Assembly: GCA_977017645.1 (NCBI GenBank)
Contig: OZ360225.1
Span: 53,692,001-53,756,000 of the forward strand
DNA: 64,000 bases
DNA from: Torpedo marmorata
Lineage: Eukaryota
Reading direction: 5' to 3'
A program made the position numbers and the translations under genes. Under the pieces are notes generated by a model that saw only the letters and a program-made list of their open reading frames with translations, was not told the DNA's origin and did no database searches. Shown piece by piece: positions 12,366 through 25,555 of the stretch (within the stretch, counting starts at the first letter, position 1; the number at the start of each line of letters is the position of its first letter).

Positions 12366-15300
12366 GGTATGTTATGTAGGACTAGATGTTAATATCCCTT
12401 ATTGCACTCCTGAGACTTGCTGCCTGGACTCTGCGGGGTAGCCAAGTGAGTGGTGGCATCTTCTGGGTTAGCAAGTGGGCCCCCTCATTCCTCAGTGTTT
12501 CGCTGATAGATCCACGACATCTCCGGAGGGTTCAGCAGTGAATCCCGGCGTCCCGGGCTCACCCCCTAGATGCCATTCACTCACTTGGGTGCCCAGGTGA
12601 AATCCTTTCTCCTCATCCAAAGCCACTGACTACCCTTTTCAGCAGCTCTGGAGAGATCTTTAACTGCTTGTCGGTGTATCTTTCCTCACACTCCCAACTC
12701 CCGGAGTAGCCTTGATGTTGATGTGGCTACAAATCCTCTGCAGCCTACTTCAACCGGTCAGACCCTTGCCTTCCAGCCACGTTGCTGCACATCAGCTGCA
12801 AGCTCAGCGTACCTCAGTTTCTTGAGCTCAGAGGCCTCCTCCACTGCATCCTCCCAGAGCACTGTAAGCTCGATGATATAAACGAGATGGAGTGAGGCCG
12901 ACCACAGCACAAGGTCTGGTCTGAGGTTGGTTTCCACGATTTCATTTGGGAAGCAGAGCCTCTGGCCTAAGTCTGCCGCCATCTTCCAATCACGTACCCC
13001 GCCTAGCCGTCCGGAGTCTGATCTTGATGTGGCGATTCCGGCTTGACCCTCACCTTCCCGGACAAATGCTGTTAACGGGCAGCGGGATGAAGGGGGAGGT
13101 AGAGCGTTAACACTCGTCCGCCGATTTTCCAGCACTGCTGCAAGACACCGTAGCACCTGGTTGTGACGCCAGGTGTATCGGCCTTAAATGAGGCTGGTCT
13201 TGCAGCCCACCAAAATGTGTTTTAGTGTTGCTGAAGTCGGGCAGAGGGAGCATGTGGGGTCCTCTCCTGGCTGAGATTCATGGCAGATGGCAAGACATCA
13301 TATGCAGCCCTGATTGTGAAGCTTGCTCTGAATGTCTCCATCTCCCACAGCTCTTTCCAGGAGATCTTCCTTTTCTCCACTCCCTCCCATCTCGTCCATT
13401 GCCCTTGCTTTGCCTGAGTGATGGCCTTTGCGTACCTTGCTGCCTCCTCCTGCCGATGTATTTCCTGCGTCACAAGCCTGCATCTCTGAGACGGAGCAGC
13501 CTTGTTCCAGGCTGGTGTACTGGCCCCAAGACCAAGACTGTTCCTCCCTTGCTGCACTTGGCCCACGATGTCCCTGTGCTTGAGTGCCGCCTTTACTTGC
13601 TTAGTTGCTTCTGATGGAATCCATTTCCTCCCAGTATCCAGGATGACGGCAGCTTGAGCTACAAATGGATCACTCGCCTCTGTTAACATCATCTCCAGTC
13701 TTACTTTGGCACACTTATACTCCTCTGAAAGACTGGAAATGGGTAGCTCCAGGACTCCTTTGCCGTAGAGCCCTACGCTGCTGAGGCATCTGGGAAGACC
13801 AAGCCACTTCCTTATGTACGAGTTGATCAGTCTCTCCAGCTTTTCCATGCTCGAGACTGGAACTTCATACAGGGTTAGTGGCCACATGAGGAGTGGAAAG
13901 AGCCCAAACTACATACACCAGAGCTTCAACTTGCCAGGTAGTGTGGATCTGTCGATGCTCTCAAGGCCACTGACAGCATCCTTCCTGAGCTGATGTACCT
14001 GCTCTGTATCTTTGAGGGATGCGTTATACCACCGACCTAAGCTTTTCACTGGTTTCTCGAAGACTGTTGTAATCGTCTCATCGCCCATGTAGAAGCGTTG
14101 ATCTACCAGCTTCCCCTTAACGATGGAGATATTTCTGGACTTGCTCAGCTTGATCTTCATCTGAACCTGCTCGATGTTCTCTTGAAGCTTCCTCAACAGG
14201 CATACAGTACAAGCCTTGGTTGTGGTCAGTGTGGTGAGATCATTCATATATACTCTGATAGGCGGCAGCCTCAAGCCAGATCTTATGCACTGCCCTCCAA
14301 CCCCCCATCGAGATGCTCTAATGATCACCTCCATGGCCATGGTGAAGGCTAGCGGGGAGATGGTACAACTGGCCATAATTCCCACCTCCAGATGTTGCCA
14401 CGCTGTGGTGTAGTCTGCTGTTGTCAAACATATCTGCACGTCCTGGAAGTAGGCCTTAACAAGGCTTGTGAGGGCCACTGGGACCCTGAAGAAGTCGAAA
14501 GCAGTCCAGAGGAGGTTATGAGGGACCGAGCCGAAGGCGTTGGCGAGGTCCAGGAACACCACATGAAGATCTGTTCCCTCCTTCTTGGCGACCTGGATCT
14601 GATGCCAGATAGTGCAAGCATGTTCCAGACAGCCAGAGAAGCCCGAGATCCCTGCTTTCTGGATTGGTGTATCAATCAGATGGTTTCTTTGCAGATAACT
14701 TGACAGCCTATGAGCCACCACACTAAAGAAGATTTTGCCCTCAACGTTCAGGAGATTGATCTGGCAGAATTGGTTGATTTCTGATTAACCCTTTTCCTTT
14801 GGGATCAGGATTCCTCCCGCTCTCCGCCAGGATGTTGGTATCTCCTGGTTACGCCATACCACCTGCATTAGCCTCCTGAGGAACCGCAGGACACCTGGTG
14901 CATTTTTGTAGAGCCTGTCTGGCACTCCATTGGGATCTGGGGCTGATGCAGCCCTTGCTCTATGCACAATTTTCTCCACCTCGCTCCATCTAGGTGGGCT
15001 GATATCAAGTTGGTGTTCCGGTGGATGTATTGGTGGCATGTCAGGTGGGATAGTGATCTCTTCATGGCATCGGTTGTCTGTGTGGAGCTTTTCCAGGTGT
15101 TTTTCCAGTTCTGCCCTTGACACTGAGAGACTTCCACTCTTCTCCCCTGTAAAGAGACCCTTCACAAACTTGAAGGGATCTTTATAGAAGCTTGTACTTG
15201 TCCGCTCCTTCTTCCTGCGCTTCCTTACCAGGTTCTCAGCTCTCCTCAGTGTCGCAAGCCTGCTCCGGATATCTGATTGCAACAGGTTTATGCCTTCCTT

Positions 15301-15974
15301 CTCCTCCTCTGTGGCCTTCCTCCATTGTTTCTTCAGCTGCCTCCTCTCTCTAACCAGACGATCTATCTCCTTCTGTCTCCTGGACTTAGTGGGGATCGTT
15401 GGTGTAGTCTTCTTCCTCTCTTGCACTCCAAAACGTTCCGCCCCATAGCTATAGATTAATTCCCCCATTCTTTCCAACTTCTTCATGGTGTTGCCTCTGA
15501 GCGTCTCTAAGGTGTTGCAGAGGTAAGCATTGACCTCCCCCCACATTGCCTTCTCGCAGGAGTTTGGCCACTTGATCAACGACTTTCGCCCCTGCATCTT
15601 CTTTTTCCGTTGCCGGTCGAAATGGGCTGGATTAGGGTTGTTCTCCTATGCCTTGCTCTTCCTCCGCTGGAACAGGGGTATTGATGTCATGCAGACTTTG
15701 GGTTTTGTCCTGCTGCTGAACTTCAGTCGACTGACTCGACCTGCTTCTCAAAAAGTAGCTGTCGATGCGAGGTCCCTGTTGCCCCTTCTTCAGGCATCCT
15801 TTCCTGCCCTGATGTATTTTCAGGCCTCTAGTGGAAGTAACCTTTGCCAAGCCACGTATGCAACTCTGGAGCTTGTGTCCTGCTGCTGCTGTTGCAGTCT
15901 CAGGTAGGCTGATCATCCAACTCATTGTCTGTTCCATTCCTGTGTCAGTTACCGGGTTATCTGCTGATGAGTCA
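12366..15974 (-). mobile_element. HERO-like (R2 superfamily) non-LTR retrotransposon with restriction-like endonuclease, decayed
   Basis: N-terminal GLKIHQGRKGC; RT motifs QKAGISGFSGCLEH, VFLDLANAFGSVPH, GIM.SCTISP; endonuclease WRHNQVL, LRPDLVLWS..IIELTV.WE, KKLRY, VEVGCRGFV. Several stops and frameshifts. Confidence 0.88.
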
Positions 15975-16285
15975 GATTAAGGAATAATTAATGTCAGGAC
16001 ACCAGGGATAATGAAATTGGAGTTTTTGACATATTGTCAAAGTTGTTCAGAAATTGAATCACAAATTGCTTTTGTGTGTCATATATTTCAATCTTAATGG
16101 ATAATAACGTACAAAGGAAAATTAGGAACCAAGATAGATTTTTGAATAGTAGGGGAAATAAATTTATGGGGAATAGGCAGGTAGGGGAAGTTGAGTCCAT
16201 GGCTCGATCAGCCATGCTCTTATTGAATGACGCAGCAGGCTCAACTGGCCGGATGGCCAACTCCTGCTCCTATTTCTTACGCTCA
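15975..16285 (+). repeat. 311-bp direct repeat, right copy
   Basis: Colinear with 12055-12365. Confidence 0.95.
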
Positions 16286-16449
16286 TATGTTAATGTGAGT
16301 TGTACAGAAGTGCTCATTTTCCTTCTTGGTTGTCCTTGCATCTGAGGCCAAACACATGGAGGAATTGAGTGGTGGCATGCAACATCGCTTCTGGAATTTG
16401 TGTGCATGCATGTAAGGCCTGCATCACCTGTGGGCCATTCAAACAGAGG

Positions 16450-16645
16450 CAGATTCAGATTACAGATTTATTGTCAGAGTACATACATGACATCACATAC
16501 CACCCTGAGATTCTTTTTCCTGCGGGCAAGGCAGAATTACCACTTATTGGTAGTGCAAAAAAAACTGTAAACAGCATATACATGTGAACAAATAAAGAAC
16601 CGTAAACAGATAACGAATGTAAACAAACCGACTGTGCAATTCAGA
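16450..16645 (-). mobile_element. 3' tail of a Rex/CR1-group retroelement
   Basis: (cagatt)n plus tttattgtca resembles the Rex-type tails in this window. Confidence 0.5.
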
Positions 16646-16649
16646 GTCC

Positions 16650-18004
16650 AAGCGGTTGTGGGATGGGCTCACCATTACTTAAAGAGGATCTTCACAAACA
16701 GATCCCAGCCCATGAAGTACAACAGAAGGAACCACCTCTGTCCCCTTTAAGTTAAAGTACAGCATGGCCTCCCAGAACTTCCTGTCCTCTATCATGGAGG
16801 TCTTAGAAGACAACAAGCAGGAGAGTCTGGACCAGCCAATTATCCTGAGGGAGCTGACGGACTCCATCAATTCCTTTGGGTCAAGTAAAACTTCCAGAAG
16901 TGATGGCTTACTGGCTTAGTCGTACACGGCTCTGTGGGACTGGGTGGGCCCAGATCTGCTGGGAGTATGCGATGCTATGCTCCTGGCAAACAGCAAGTCA
17001 GAATCTATGTGGAAAGGCATCATCACCCTCATCTTCAAACAGAAGGGGGAGAAGGAATTGAAGACCCATATCACTGTTAAGTGTTGCTACAAAATCCTGC
17101 CTAAGGCCATCACTAATCAGATCCATTCAGACGAAACCCGTACTGTTCTGGGCAGGAAAATCGCTGACAGCCTCACGCCAAAAAACGAGGGCAATGGTGT
17201 ACCCAATGTGGCCCTGATCCTGATGACCACCTTCAAGTGTCGTAGAACCAAAGTACAAGGGCACCGTGCTGCTGTGTGCTGAGTTTCTACCTGTCCTAGA
17301 CATTGTGAAGGATGGGCATGGTCTCGTTGCCTCACAATATCCCAGTCAGATGGAATTGCCACACTACCTATGCTTTGTGGAAAGGTTGTTCCAGACAAAC
17401 ACCTTTGATCATGAGTTCATCAGGCAGCGATCAGCACGGAATATCCTGCAGACACTGAGAGACAAAGACTCGATGGATACTGTGGGGTGGTTCCCTGAGC
17501 CGACCGTCCAGATCATCTGGCAGAATGCCTCATTGCCATTGCTCACAAACAAGCACCAGGACTTAGCCTGGTTGGCAGTTAGAGGAGTCCTCTCTGTACA
17601 ATCAGAACATCATCCACAACACACATTGTCCCTGAGATGACTGAGATGGAGTGGAGACAGTCGCCCACCTCTTTGCAAAATGCGATTTCACTAAAAGTGT
17701 GTGGAGAAGAATGCAAGGTCCTTGTCACGGTTCATCCCCAGCTGCAATGTGACAGAGGACTCTGATTTAAGGGCTGTTCCTCGGAATGCCTGCAAAGACT
17801 GGAATCCAGAGCTGCTGAAAGGTCATCAACTCAATGAAAGACAGCCTTTGGTCTGCCCGTTGGTCTTTTTTGTTGGTCTTTCAGCACAATGCGATGTCAG
17901 TGAGGGAATGCAGCCAACTGACACATTCCAGGCTGCAGGAGTACATGCTGAGGGGCTCACTGAGGCTTGGCGCAGCCAACATGAGGGCATTGTGGGGAAG
18001 GACC
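16650..18004 (+). mobile_element. Decayed Tx1/L1-clade LINE; its 3'UTR resumes at 23040-23280
   Basis: RT pieces LDQPI.L.EL, KGIITLIFKQKG, YKIL.KAI.N; C-terminal HQDLAWLAVRGVL and ETVAHLFAKC. Interrupted by the Gypsy element at 18005. Confidence 0.75.
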
Positions 18005-18114
18005 TGTAATGATAGCGCGCTAGTGATAATCCTGACCTCTAGAGGGAGTCGGAGATTAGTTGTTGCAGATTCAAAATGGATGCCTCCACGAGGTCGTGAG
18101 TGAGTACTATAGCT

Positions 18115-18735
18115 TTCTTTTTAAAATATTTTTATTGAGTTTCAACAATAAACATGTATACAGAGTAACAAATTAAGAAAAACATTCAAAAAATCAACTG
18201 GTATTCATACATGTATATATATTAAAAAAAACTAGGTAAATTGTCGTAACTAAATTCTGAATATAGGTTAAAACTCTAGTTCCGTATAATTATCTTAAAA
18301 AAATAACAATTAAAAATAAAATAAAAAGAAAGAAAAAAAAGACAAAAAATAAGAAAAAAAACACTAATAACTAATCTATTCTCACCCCTCCTTCTAAGCA
18401 AGGTTACCTTGATGTTGGAAAAAAGAAGGAAAAGAACAAAAAAAGGTATGGATCCTGTAGCAAACTCCAAGCATCGGACAGAGACTCCTCGGGATAGTCA
18501 GTTTTGTTAATTCTTCCAATCATGATAATATTCAATGAATGGCCCCCAGATCTTTAAAAATTGAAACTATCTATCTTTAATATTATATCTAATTTTCTCC
18601 AAACTCAGAAAGGACATTACATCTAGTAACCACTGTCTATGTGTTGGTGATAATTCATCTTTCCATTTCAATAAAATTGCTCGTCTGGCAATCAACGTAG
18701 AAAAAGCTAAAACTTTTTCCTGTGATGCAGACAAA
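18115..18735 (-). mobile_element. L1 3' fragment inserted in the Gypsy 5' LTR
   Basis: IARRAILLKWKD..LEKIRY; 12-bp TSD agtactatagct at 18103-18114 and 18736-18747. Confidence 0.9.
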
Positions 18736-18894
18736 AGTACTATAGCTAATAAAATATAGTTGTTATAAAAGAACCAAAGTTTCTTTATTACAATAAAAGA
18801 AACATCATATCGTACCAGGAGTGGAAGAAACAGCAGGAGTGGAAGAAACACCAGGAGTGTGCAGAGTGAGAATCAGTCGATAGCAGCAGAAAAC

Positions 18895-20373
18895 ATGGAG
18901 AGTGTAAAGGCTCCTGATGCTGTAAATAGGACTGGAAATTTTGACCATGAGTGGAGGTTGTTCAAACAACGATTTATGCTGTACCTGCAAGCCATTGGAC
19001 TCGATAGCAAACCGGATGCATGGAAGATTGCACTGCTACTTACCGTGGTGGGACCTCAAGCACTAGAGGTTTTCAACACATTTGTTTTTGCCGAGGCAGC
19101 TGACCATGGCAAGTTCGACAAGGTTATCGAAATGTTTGATGAACACTGTTCACCAAAGAAAAATGAAACGTTCGAGAAGTACGTGTTTCGCTCATGCACG
19201 CAGCTGCAGGGAGAAAGCTTTGATACTTTCTTAACGGACTTGAAATTAAAAGCAAGAACATGTAATTTTAGACCGCTGCAAGATTCAATGATCCGTGATC
19301 AAATTGTGTTCGGGATTATTGATAAGAAAGTGAGAGAGAGGTTGCTGCGAGAGACAGAGCTTACCTTAGCTGGAGCTGTGAAAATATGCCACGCAAGTGA
19401 AATAACTCTACAGCACGCAAAAAAGTTCAGTGATAGTGCAAATGCCAGTGAAAATGAAGGCATAGTCGTAGCCACAGTGTCTGGACACACAAATAAACAA
19501 AGACCGAGACTTAGGAAACAACAAAAAGATGGAGAGACATTCAATTGTAAATGATGTGGCACTCAACATGCACTAAAACAATGCCCAGCCTATGGAAAAG
19601 TCTGTAATAAGTGCAAAGAGCAGAATCATTACGCAAAGCAATGTTTTTCCAAAGGGAAATAAAACAGAAGTGAAAGCTTGCACACTATACACTGTATACA
19701 CTATAAAATAAACTGCTCTCAGTGATGCACTCTTTGTTGGCATGGTAGTGCAGAAAGACTATAAACCAAGAGACACTGAACAGCCAAGTGTGAACAGAGT
19801 CGAGCAGGATAAGAGGACTGTGTCATTGCATACAAATGGAACAAATATTCCTTTCAAGCTGGACACATGGGCAAAGGTCAATTTGATCTGTGAGCGGGAC
19901 ATCAGGGCAATGAAGTTAAAGCCATACATCCATGCAAATCCTGTACAGCTCAAAGCCTGCAATGGACACAGCATCGACACGAAAGGTACATGTAAACTCA
20001 AGGTGAAAGTTAAAGATAAAGAGCACCACCTCAGGTTCACAATAGTCCCAGATGGACATGAATCACTGCTTGGTGACAAAGCATGTGAAAACATAAGCCT
20101 AGTCAAGAGGGTGTACACACCAGGGAAACTTATTGTGTTAGCTGATGCATTATCCAGGGCAACGACGCAGAGTGAAGCACACAATGAGAGTTCCACAGAG
20201 ACAGATGTGAATCTCCACGTGAACCTGATCACTGAATCTCTTCCCATATCTGACATGAAATCCAAGCAGATCGCAGCTAAAACAGAAAAGGACACAGTTC
20301 TACAGAAGGTCATCAAGAATCTGAATGAAGGATGGCCTAGAGGTGAATGTCAGCAATACTACAACATCAGAGC
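18895..20373 (+). pseudogene. Gypsy gag, protease and RNase H tail
   Basis: gag WRLFKQRF..IRDQIVFGI; double knuckle CK*CGTQH..CPAYGKVCNKC..NHYAKQC; protease KLDT(W)A; direct junction LVKRV|YTPGK..ADALSR. Confidence 0.85.
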
Positions 20374-21555
20374 TCAGAATCAGAATTTAGAATTTATTGT
20401 CATGAACAAGTCATGACATTCAGTGTTTTGCGGCAGCATCATAGTGCAAACATTCATATTATAACTATCTTACAACATTACTATAAAAAAATATAAATAA
20501 TAGTGCACGAAAAGTAAGGCAGTGTCTTTGGTTCATTGATTATTCAGGAATCTGATGGCAGCGGGGAAGAAGCTGTTCTTGTGCCATTGAGTGCTCGACT
20601 TTAGGCTTCTGTACCTTTTTCCCGATGGAAGCAGAGTGAAGAGGGCATGGCCTGGGTGGTGGGGGACTTTGAGGATAGAGGCTGCTTTTTTAAAACACAG
20701 CCTCATGTAGATGTCCTCGATGGAGTGAAGTTTGGTGCCTGTGATGTCACAATCCAAGTTAACAACCCTCTGGAGTTTACTCTTGTCCTGAGAGTTGGCG
20801 CCTCCATACCAGGCAGTGATGCAACAAGCCAGAATGCTCTCCACGGTACACCTGCAGATGTTTTCGAGAGTCTTGGGTGACATACTGAATCTCCTCAGAC
20901 ACCTCACAAAGTATAGCCGCTGGGGAGCCTTCTTTGTGATTGCATCAAGTGGATGCTCCAGGACAGATCCTCGGAGAAGTTGACACCCAGCAATTTGAAG
21001 TTCTTGACCCTCTCCACGACTGAGCCCTCGATGAGGACTGGGTCGTGTTCCCCTGACTTCCTCCTGAAGTCCACAATCATTTCCTTGGTTTTGCTGACGT
21101 TGAGCGCAAGGTTGTTGTCATTACACCATTCAACGAGCTGATCTATCTCCCTCCTGTACGCTTCCTCATTGCCATTTGTGATTCTTCCGACAACTGTGGT
21201 GTCATCGGCAAACTTGTAGATGGCATTGGAATTGTGCCTGGCCACACAGTCATGGGTGTATAACGAGTAGAGCAGTGGGCTAACCACGCATCCTTGGGGT
21301 GCGCCTGTGTTGATAATCAGTGAGGAGGAGACGTTGTTTCCAATTCATACCGACTGTGGTCTTCCGATGAGAAAGTCAAGGATCCAGTTGCAGAGGGGGG
21401 TACAGAGGCCTAGAGCTTGTAGCTTCTTGACCATCACTGAGGGAATAATGGTATTGAAGACCGAGCTGTAGTCGATGAAGAGCAGCCGTATGTATGAATT
21501 GTTGTTTTCGAGGTGATCCAGAGCTGAGTGGAGAGCCAGCGATATTGAATCTGCT
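20374..21555 (-). mobile_element. Rex/Babar LINE, 5'-truncated RT
   Basis: [54 protein letters not shown]; (gaatca)n tail. Confidence 0.9.
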
Positions 21556-21589
21556 GTGGAGCAATGCAATATCGGTGAGTTAAAGATAA

Positions 21590-22548
21590 ACACAGCTGAG
21601 CTGAGTGTTGTCAATGGGCTTCTACTCAGAGAGAGCAGAATTGTCATTCCTCAATCACTGCGACAAGAGATGCTGAAAAGGGTGCACGAGATGCACCTTG
21701 AAATGGAAAAATTCAAGAGGAGGGCCAGAATTGCTGTTTATTGGCCAGGGGTAAGCGCTGACATTGACAGGATGGTTTCAAGCTGTGAGACCTGTTTGAA
21801 GCATCACACAAAGCAAACAAAGGAACCCATGATCATAACTGACTTACCAGCAGAACCATGGCAGAAAGTTGGGACTGATCTTATCCACATGGATGGAAAT
21901 AATTACTTACTGGTTATTGATTATCTATTGAACTATCTGGAGATTGCGTTGCTTCTTAACATGTCTACTGCTTGTGTGATCAAATATATGAAATCGATCT
22001 TTGCAAGACATGGAATTCCTCAAATTGTCTACAGTGACAATGGACCATGCTACAGTTGTAGAGAATTCCAGAACTTTGCAGAAGAATATGATTTTCGACA
22101 TGTGACTTCAAGTCCTCTGCATCCACAGTCAAACGGTAAAGCAGAGAAAGGAGTTCACATAGTTAAACAGTTGCTCAAGAAAGCATAAGACAGTGGCTCA
22201 GACCCGTATCTAGCTCTATTGAGTTACAGAGCTTCACCACTTGAACATGGCATGTCACCCGCTGAGCTTCTGATGGGACGTAGACTATGTCCCACACTTC
22301 CCTACTCTGCAGACCCAAACAAGACCAGAGATGTCGAAGATGTCGAACCGAAACAAAAGCATCTGCAATGGAGAAAAAAAGCAAACTATGACAAGTCAGC
22401 AAGAAGCTTAGGTCCACTGGCACAACATGACACAGTGAGACTCAAAGATTCCAACACTTGGGACAAAAAGTACACTGTTCTGGAGGAAGTAAATCCAAGA
22501 TCCTACACTGTCAGAACAGAGGATGGTCAAATACTGAGGAGGAATTGA
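21590..22548 (+). pseudogene. Gypsy integrase
   Basis: [70 protein letters not shown]. Confidence 0.9.
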
Positions 22549-23472
22549 AGGAGCCTGCTGAAAACACACTGCAAGAACAGATAAATGCAGAAGATTCAGC
22601 CTGCACAGCAACAGAAGAAACACCACCAGTGCTAGACAGTAGTGGACCAGCAGAGCCGACACAAGCACCTGTGTTAAGAAGATCCACACACGCTATCAAA
22701 GCACCTGACAAACTGAATCTCCAAAAGGAAAAGAACTGCACATTTAAAAAGTTTGTGCTGCTGATGTTTGTGTTTACATTTGTGTTGAACTTTAAATTTA
22801 AATGAATACTGTATTAGTGTGTCATGTTTTTAGATTAAACATCTCAAGGAAAGGGGATATAATGATAGAGTGCTAGTGATAATCCAGACCACTAGAGGGA
22901 GTCGGAGACGAGTTGTTGCAGCTTGGAGTAGATTCAAAATGGATGCCTCCACGAGGTCGTGAGTGAGTACTATAGCTAATAACATATAGTTGTTATCAAA
23001 GAACCCAAGTTTCTTTATTACAATAAAAGAAACATCACAGGACCTTCTGTTACCGGGCATTGAGAGGCTAAGACCAAGGGGAGGTCCCTCAAACAACAGA
23101 AGGGGGAGTAACGACAAGGTGCCATAGTGATGACAATAGTGCTAAATAGAGAATGAATGTAAGAATGTACAGTGATGGAAATGTATGGATATGACACAAA
23201 GGATGTGAAAAGACTTTGAACAGTTTTCTTTTTTGTAAATAATTTATCGTGAATAAAGTTTATTTTTGGGAATAAATGTTTGGTCTGCCTGTTGGTCGAC
23301 CTGTGCAATGAAATGTCCACAAGCAAATGCTGCCGACTGACACATCCCAGGCTGCAAGAGTACATGCCAAAGGATACAGTGAAGCTTGGTATCACCACCA
23401 CAAATGTTTGGGAGAGAAGGACTCCAATCTAAGGTCCTGCTGCCTCTGGACATGAATGGACTAGATCTAGTG

Positions 23473-24744
23473 TAGGGGTCTCCAGAGTGGTCGATGTCGA
23501 CCCCTGAGGGTCAATGGGACTATCCAAGGGGTCGATAAATGCCAGGGGGTCGAAAGGGGTCCATAAACACCAGGGAGTCGATTGAACTTTTGGGGTCGAA
23601 AGAATTGTAGAGCCTGAGGTCCCCGCTCCTGCCCGGGAGCCCAAGGTCCCCGCTCCTGCCCGGGAGCCCGACGTCCCCGCTCCTGCCGGGAGCCCAAGGT
23701 CCCCGCTCCTGCCTGGGAGCCCGACGTCCTCGCTCCTGCCGGGAGCCCGAGGTCCCCGCTCCTGCCTGGGAGCCCGATGTCCCTGCTCCTGCCGGGAGCC
23801 CGAGGTCCCCGCTCCTGCCTGGGAGCCCGATGTCCCTGCTCCTGCCGGGAGCCCGAGGTCCCGGCTCCTGCTGGGAGCCCAATGTCCCTGCTCCTGCCGG
23901 GAGCCCGAGGTCCCGGCTCCTGCCCGGGAGCCTGACGTCCCTGCTCCTGCCGGGAGCCCGAGGTCCCCGCTCCTGCTGGGAGCCCAATGTCCCTGCTCCT
24001 GCCGGGAGCCCGAGGTCCCCGCTCCTGCCCGGGAGCCCGACGTCCCCGCTCCTGCCGGGAGCCCAATGTCCCTGCTCCTGCCGGGAGCCCGAGGTCCCCG
24101 CTCCTGCCGGGAGCCCAATGTCCCCGCTCCTGCTGGGAGCCCAACGTCCCTGCTCCTGCCGGGAGCCCGAGGTCCCCGCTCCTGCCCGGGAGCCCGAGGT
24201 CCCTGCTCCTGCCCGGGAGCCCGACGTCCCCGCTCCTGCCGGGAGCCCGAGGTCCCCGCTCCTGCCGGGAGCCCGAGGTCCCCGCTCCTGCCCGGGAGCC
24301 CGACGTCCCCGCTCCTGCCGGGAGCCCGAGGTACCCGCTCCTGCCGGGAGCCCGACGCAACTTCTTCAATGCGGATGGCACCGCACCCGATGTTGAGAAT
24401 GGAGTCGCCGTCGCCGATGCTGAAGACTTGGACCCAGCTCCGTTGGCATCTTCCCGGCCGGAAGCAAAGGTTTTTTTTTTACTGTTATTGTAATCACTTA
24501 CTTGCTTAATTTACAGATTTGTTACTTGGTGATTGGAGTGTTGTAATAAAGTTTGGGTTGTTGCTGGGAGGCCCAGACACCATGCATATGGTCTGCAGTT
24601 TCCCTCACTAATGCATATGGAAACTGCACGTCTACTTAATTATTGTTATTTATTTATTTTATTTTTTTGTACATGCTTGGGGGTCTATGAGGGATCAAGG
24701 ATTCCATGAAGCGGTTGATGGTCTAAAAAGTTTGGGGACCCCTG
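23473..24744. mobile_element. hAT (Charlie-like) non-autonomous DNA transposon containing a minisatellite
   Basis: TIRs taggggtctcca / tggggacccctg; 8-bp TSD ATCTAGTG at 23465-23472 and 24745-24752. Confidence 0.85.
23611..24358. repeat. GC-rich minisatellite, 26/27-bp unit
   Basis: About 28 copies of gggagcccgaggtccccgctcctgcc(c) with variant units. Confidence 0.95.
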
Positions 24745-25349
24745 ATCTAGTGTAACAGCCTCTCAAACACTTGATGCGTGTATTGTTCGAAAATGCCTTG
24801 AGTGACATGGTGCTGCCTAAGTAGAATGTATTGGTTTGACGGCATAACAAACGTACTGATTTGATGTCACTTCTAGCTCTCCCTTGGTTCTCTCCATCCC
24901 TGCCCTCCACTGTCCCACCACCTGATATCTCCTACCATCCAACCCTACCATCCCACTGTTAACTCGTTTTTAGCATCAGCCAAACCCCAACACCCTGTCA
25001 ATCACCCAACATGGCCCCTCGTTTAAAATTGACGAACCCACTTTTAATCCTAGATCATCCCCTCCTTCCAATTCCAGATCTTCACCTCTCTTCCCACACC
25101 TCAGCCTCCAAATCACCCGATTTCCTTCAGTCACTGTGCAGTGGGAGAACACGCAAATGAAAGGCCTTTCTTCATGCAAGGCCCAAACATCAGTCAGTAA
25201 AGTACAATGCATTGGGCCTAGAATGCTTTTGAATTTCCCACTGACACACCTTTCCACAGGTTTGCTTGCCCATTACACAATGGCAAGCTAATCTGCCCAA
25301 ACCGGCACCCTTCAATTTCTTATCAAGAATATTTTTGTAGGATTGAACT

Positions 25350-25555
25350 AAGAGAAGCTGGAGGAACTCAATGAGTCAGGCTGCATCCATGGAGAGAAAT
25401 GATGAGTCAACATTTCGGATCAGGACTGTCTCAACAAAGGATACCAACCTGTAACATTGACTGACCATTTCACTCCATGGATGCTGCCTGGCCCATTACA
25501 TCCCTCCAGCTTCTCATTGTTCACTCAGGATTCCAGCATCGGCAGTTTTTGTGAT
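25350..25555. mobile_element. Fold-back element related to the Penelope terminus
   Basis: Inverted arms gagaagctggagg..gcatccatggag / ctccatggatgc..cctccagcttctc. Confidence 0.65.

Larger units (their letters stand above)
18005..23039 (+). mobile_element. Gypsy LTR retrotransposon lacking RT and most of RNase H
   Basis: LTRs at 18005-18809 (L1-interrupted) and 22858-23039. 5-bp TSD GGACC at 18000-18004 and 23040-23044. Degenerate Leu-type PBS tcgtaccaggagtgg at 18810. PPT aaggaaagggga at 22846-22857. Confidence 0.92.

Noticed and set aside
12055-16285. LTR retrotransposon interpretation of the 311-bp repeats
   Set aside because: No TG..CA ends, PBS or PPT, and the enclosed ORF is a non-LTR RT with a restriction-like endonuclease.
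23429-24509. Long overlapping ORFs (up to 304 aa) and a CRISPR-like appearance
   Set aside because: Artefacts of a stop-free GC-rich minisatellite. There are no unique spacers or cas genes, and the context is eukaryotic.
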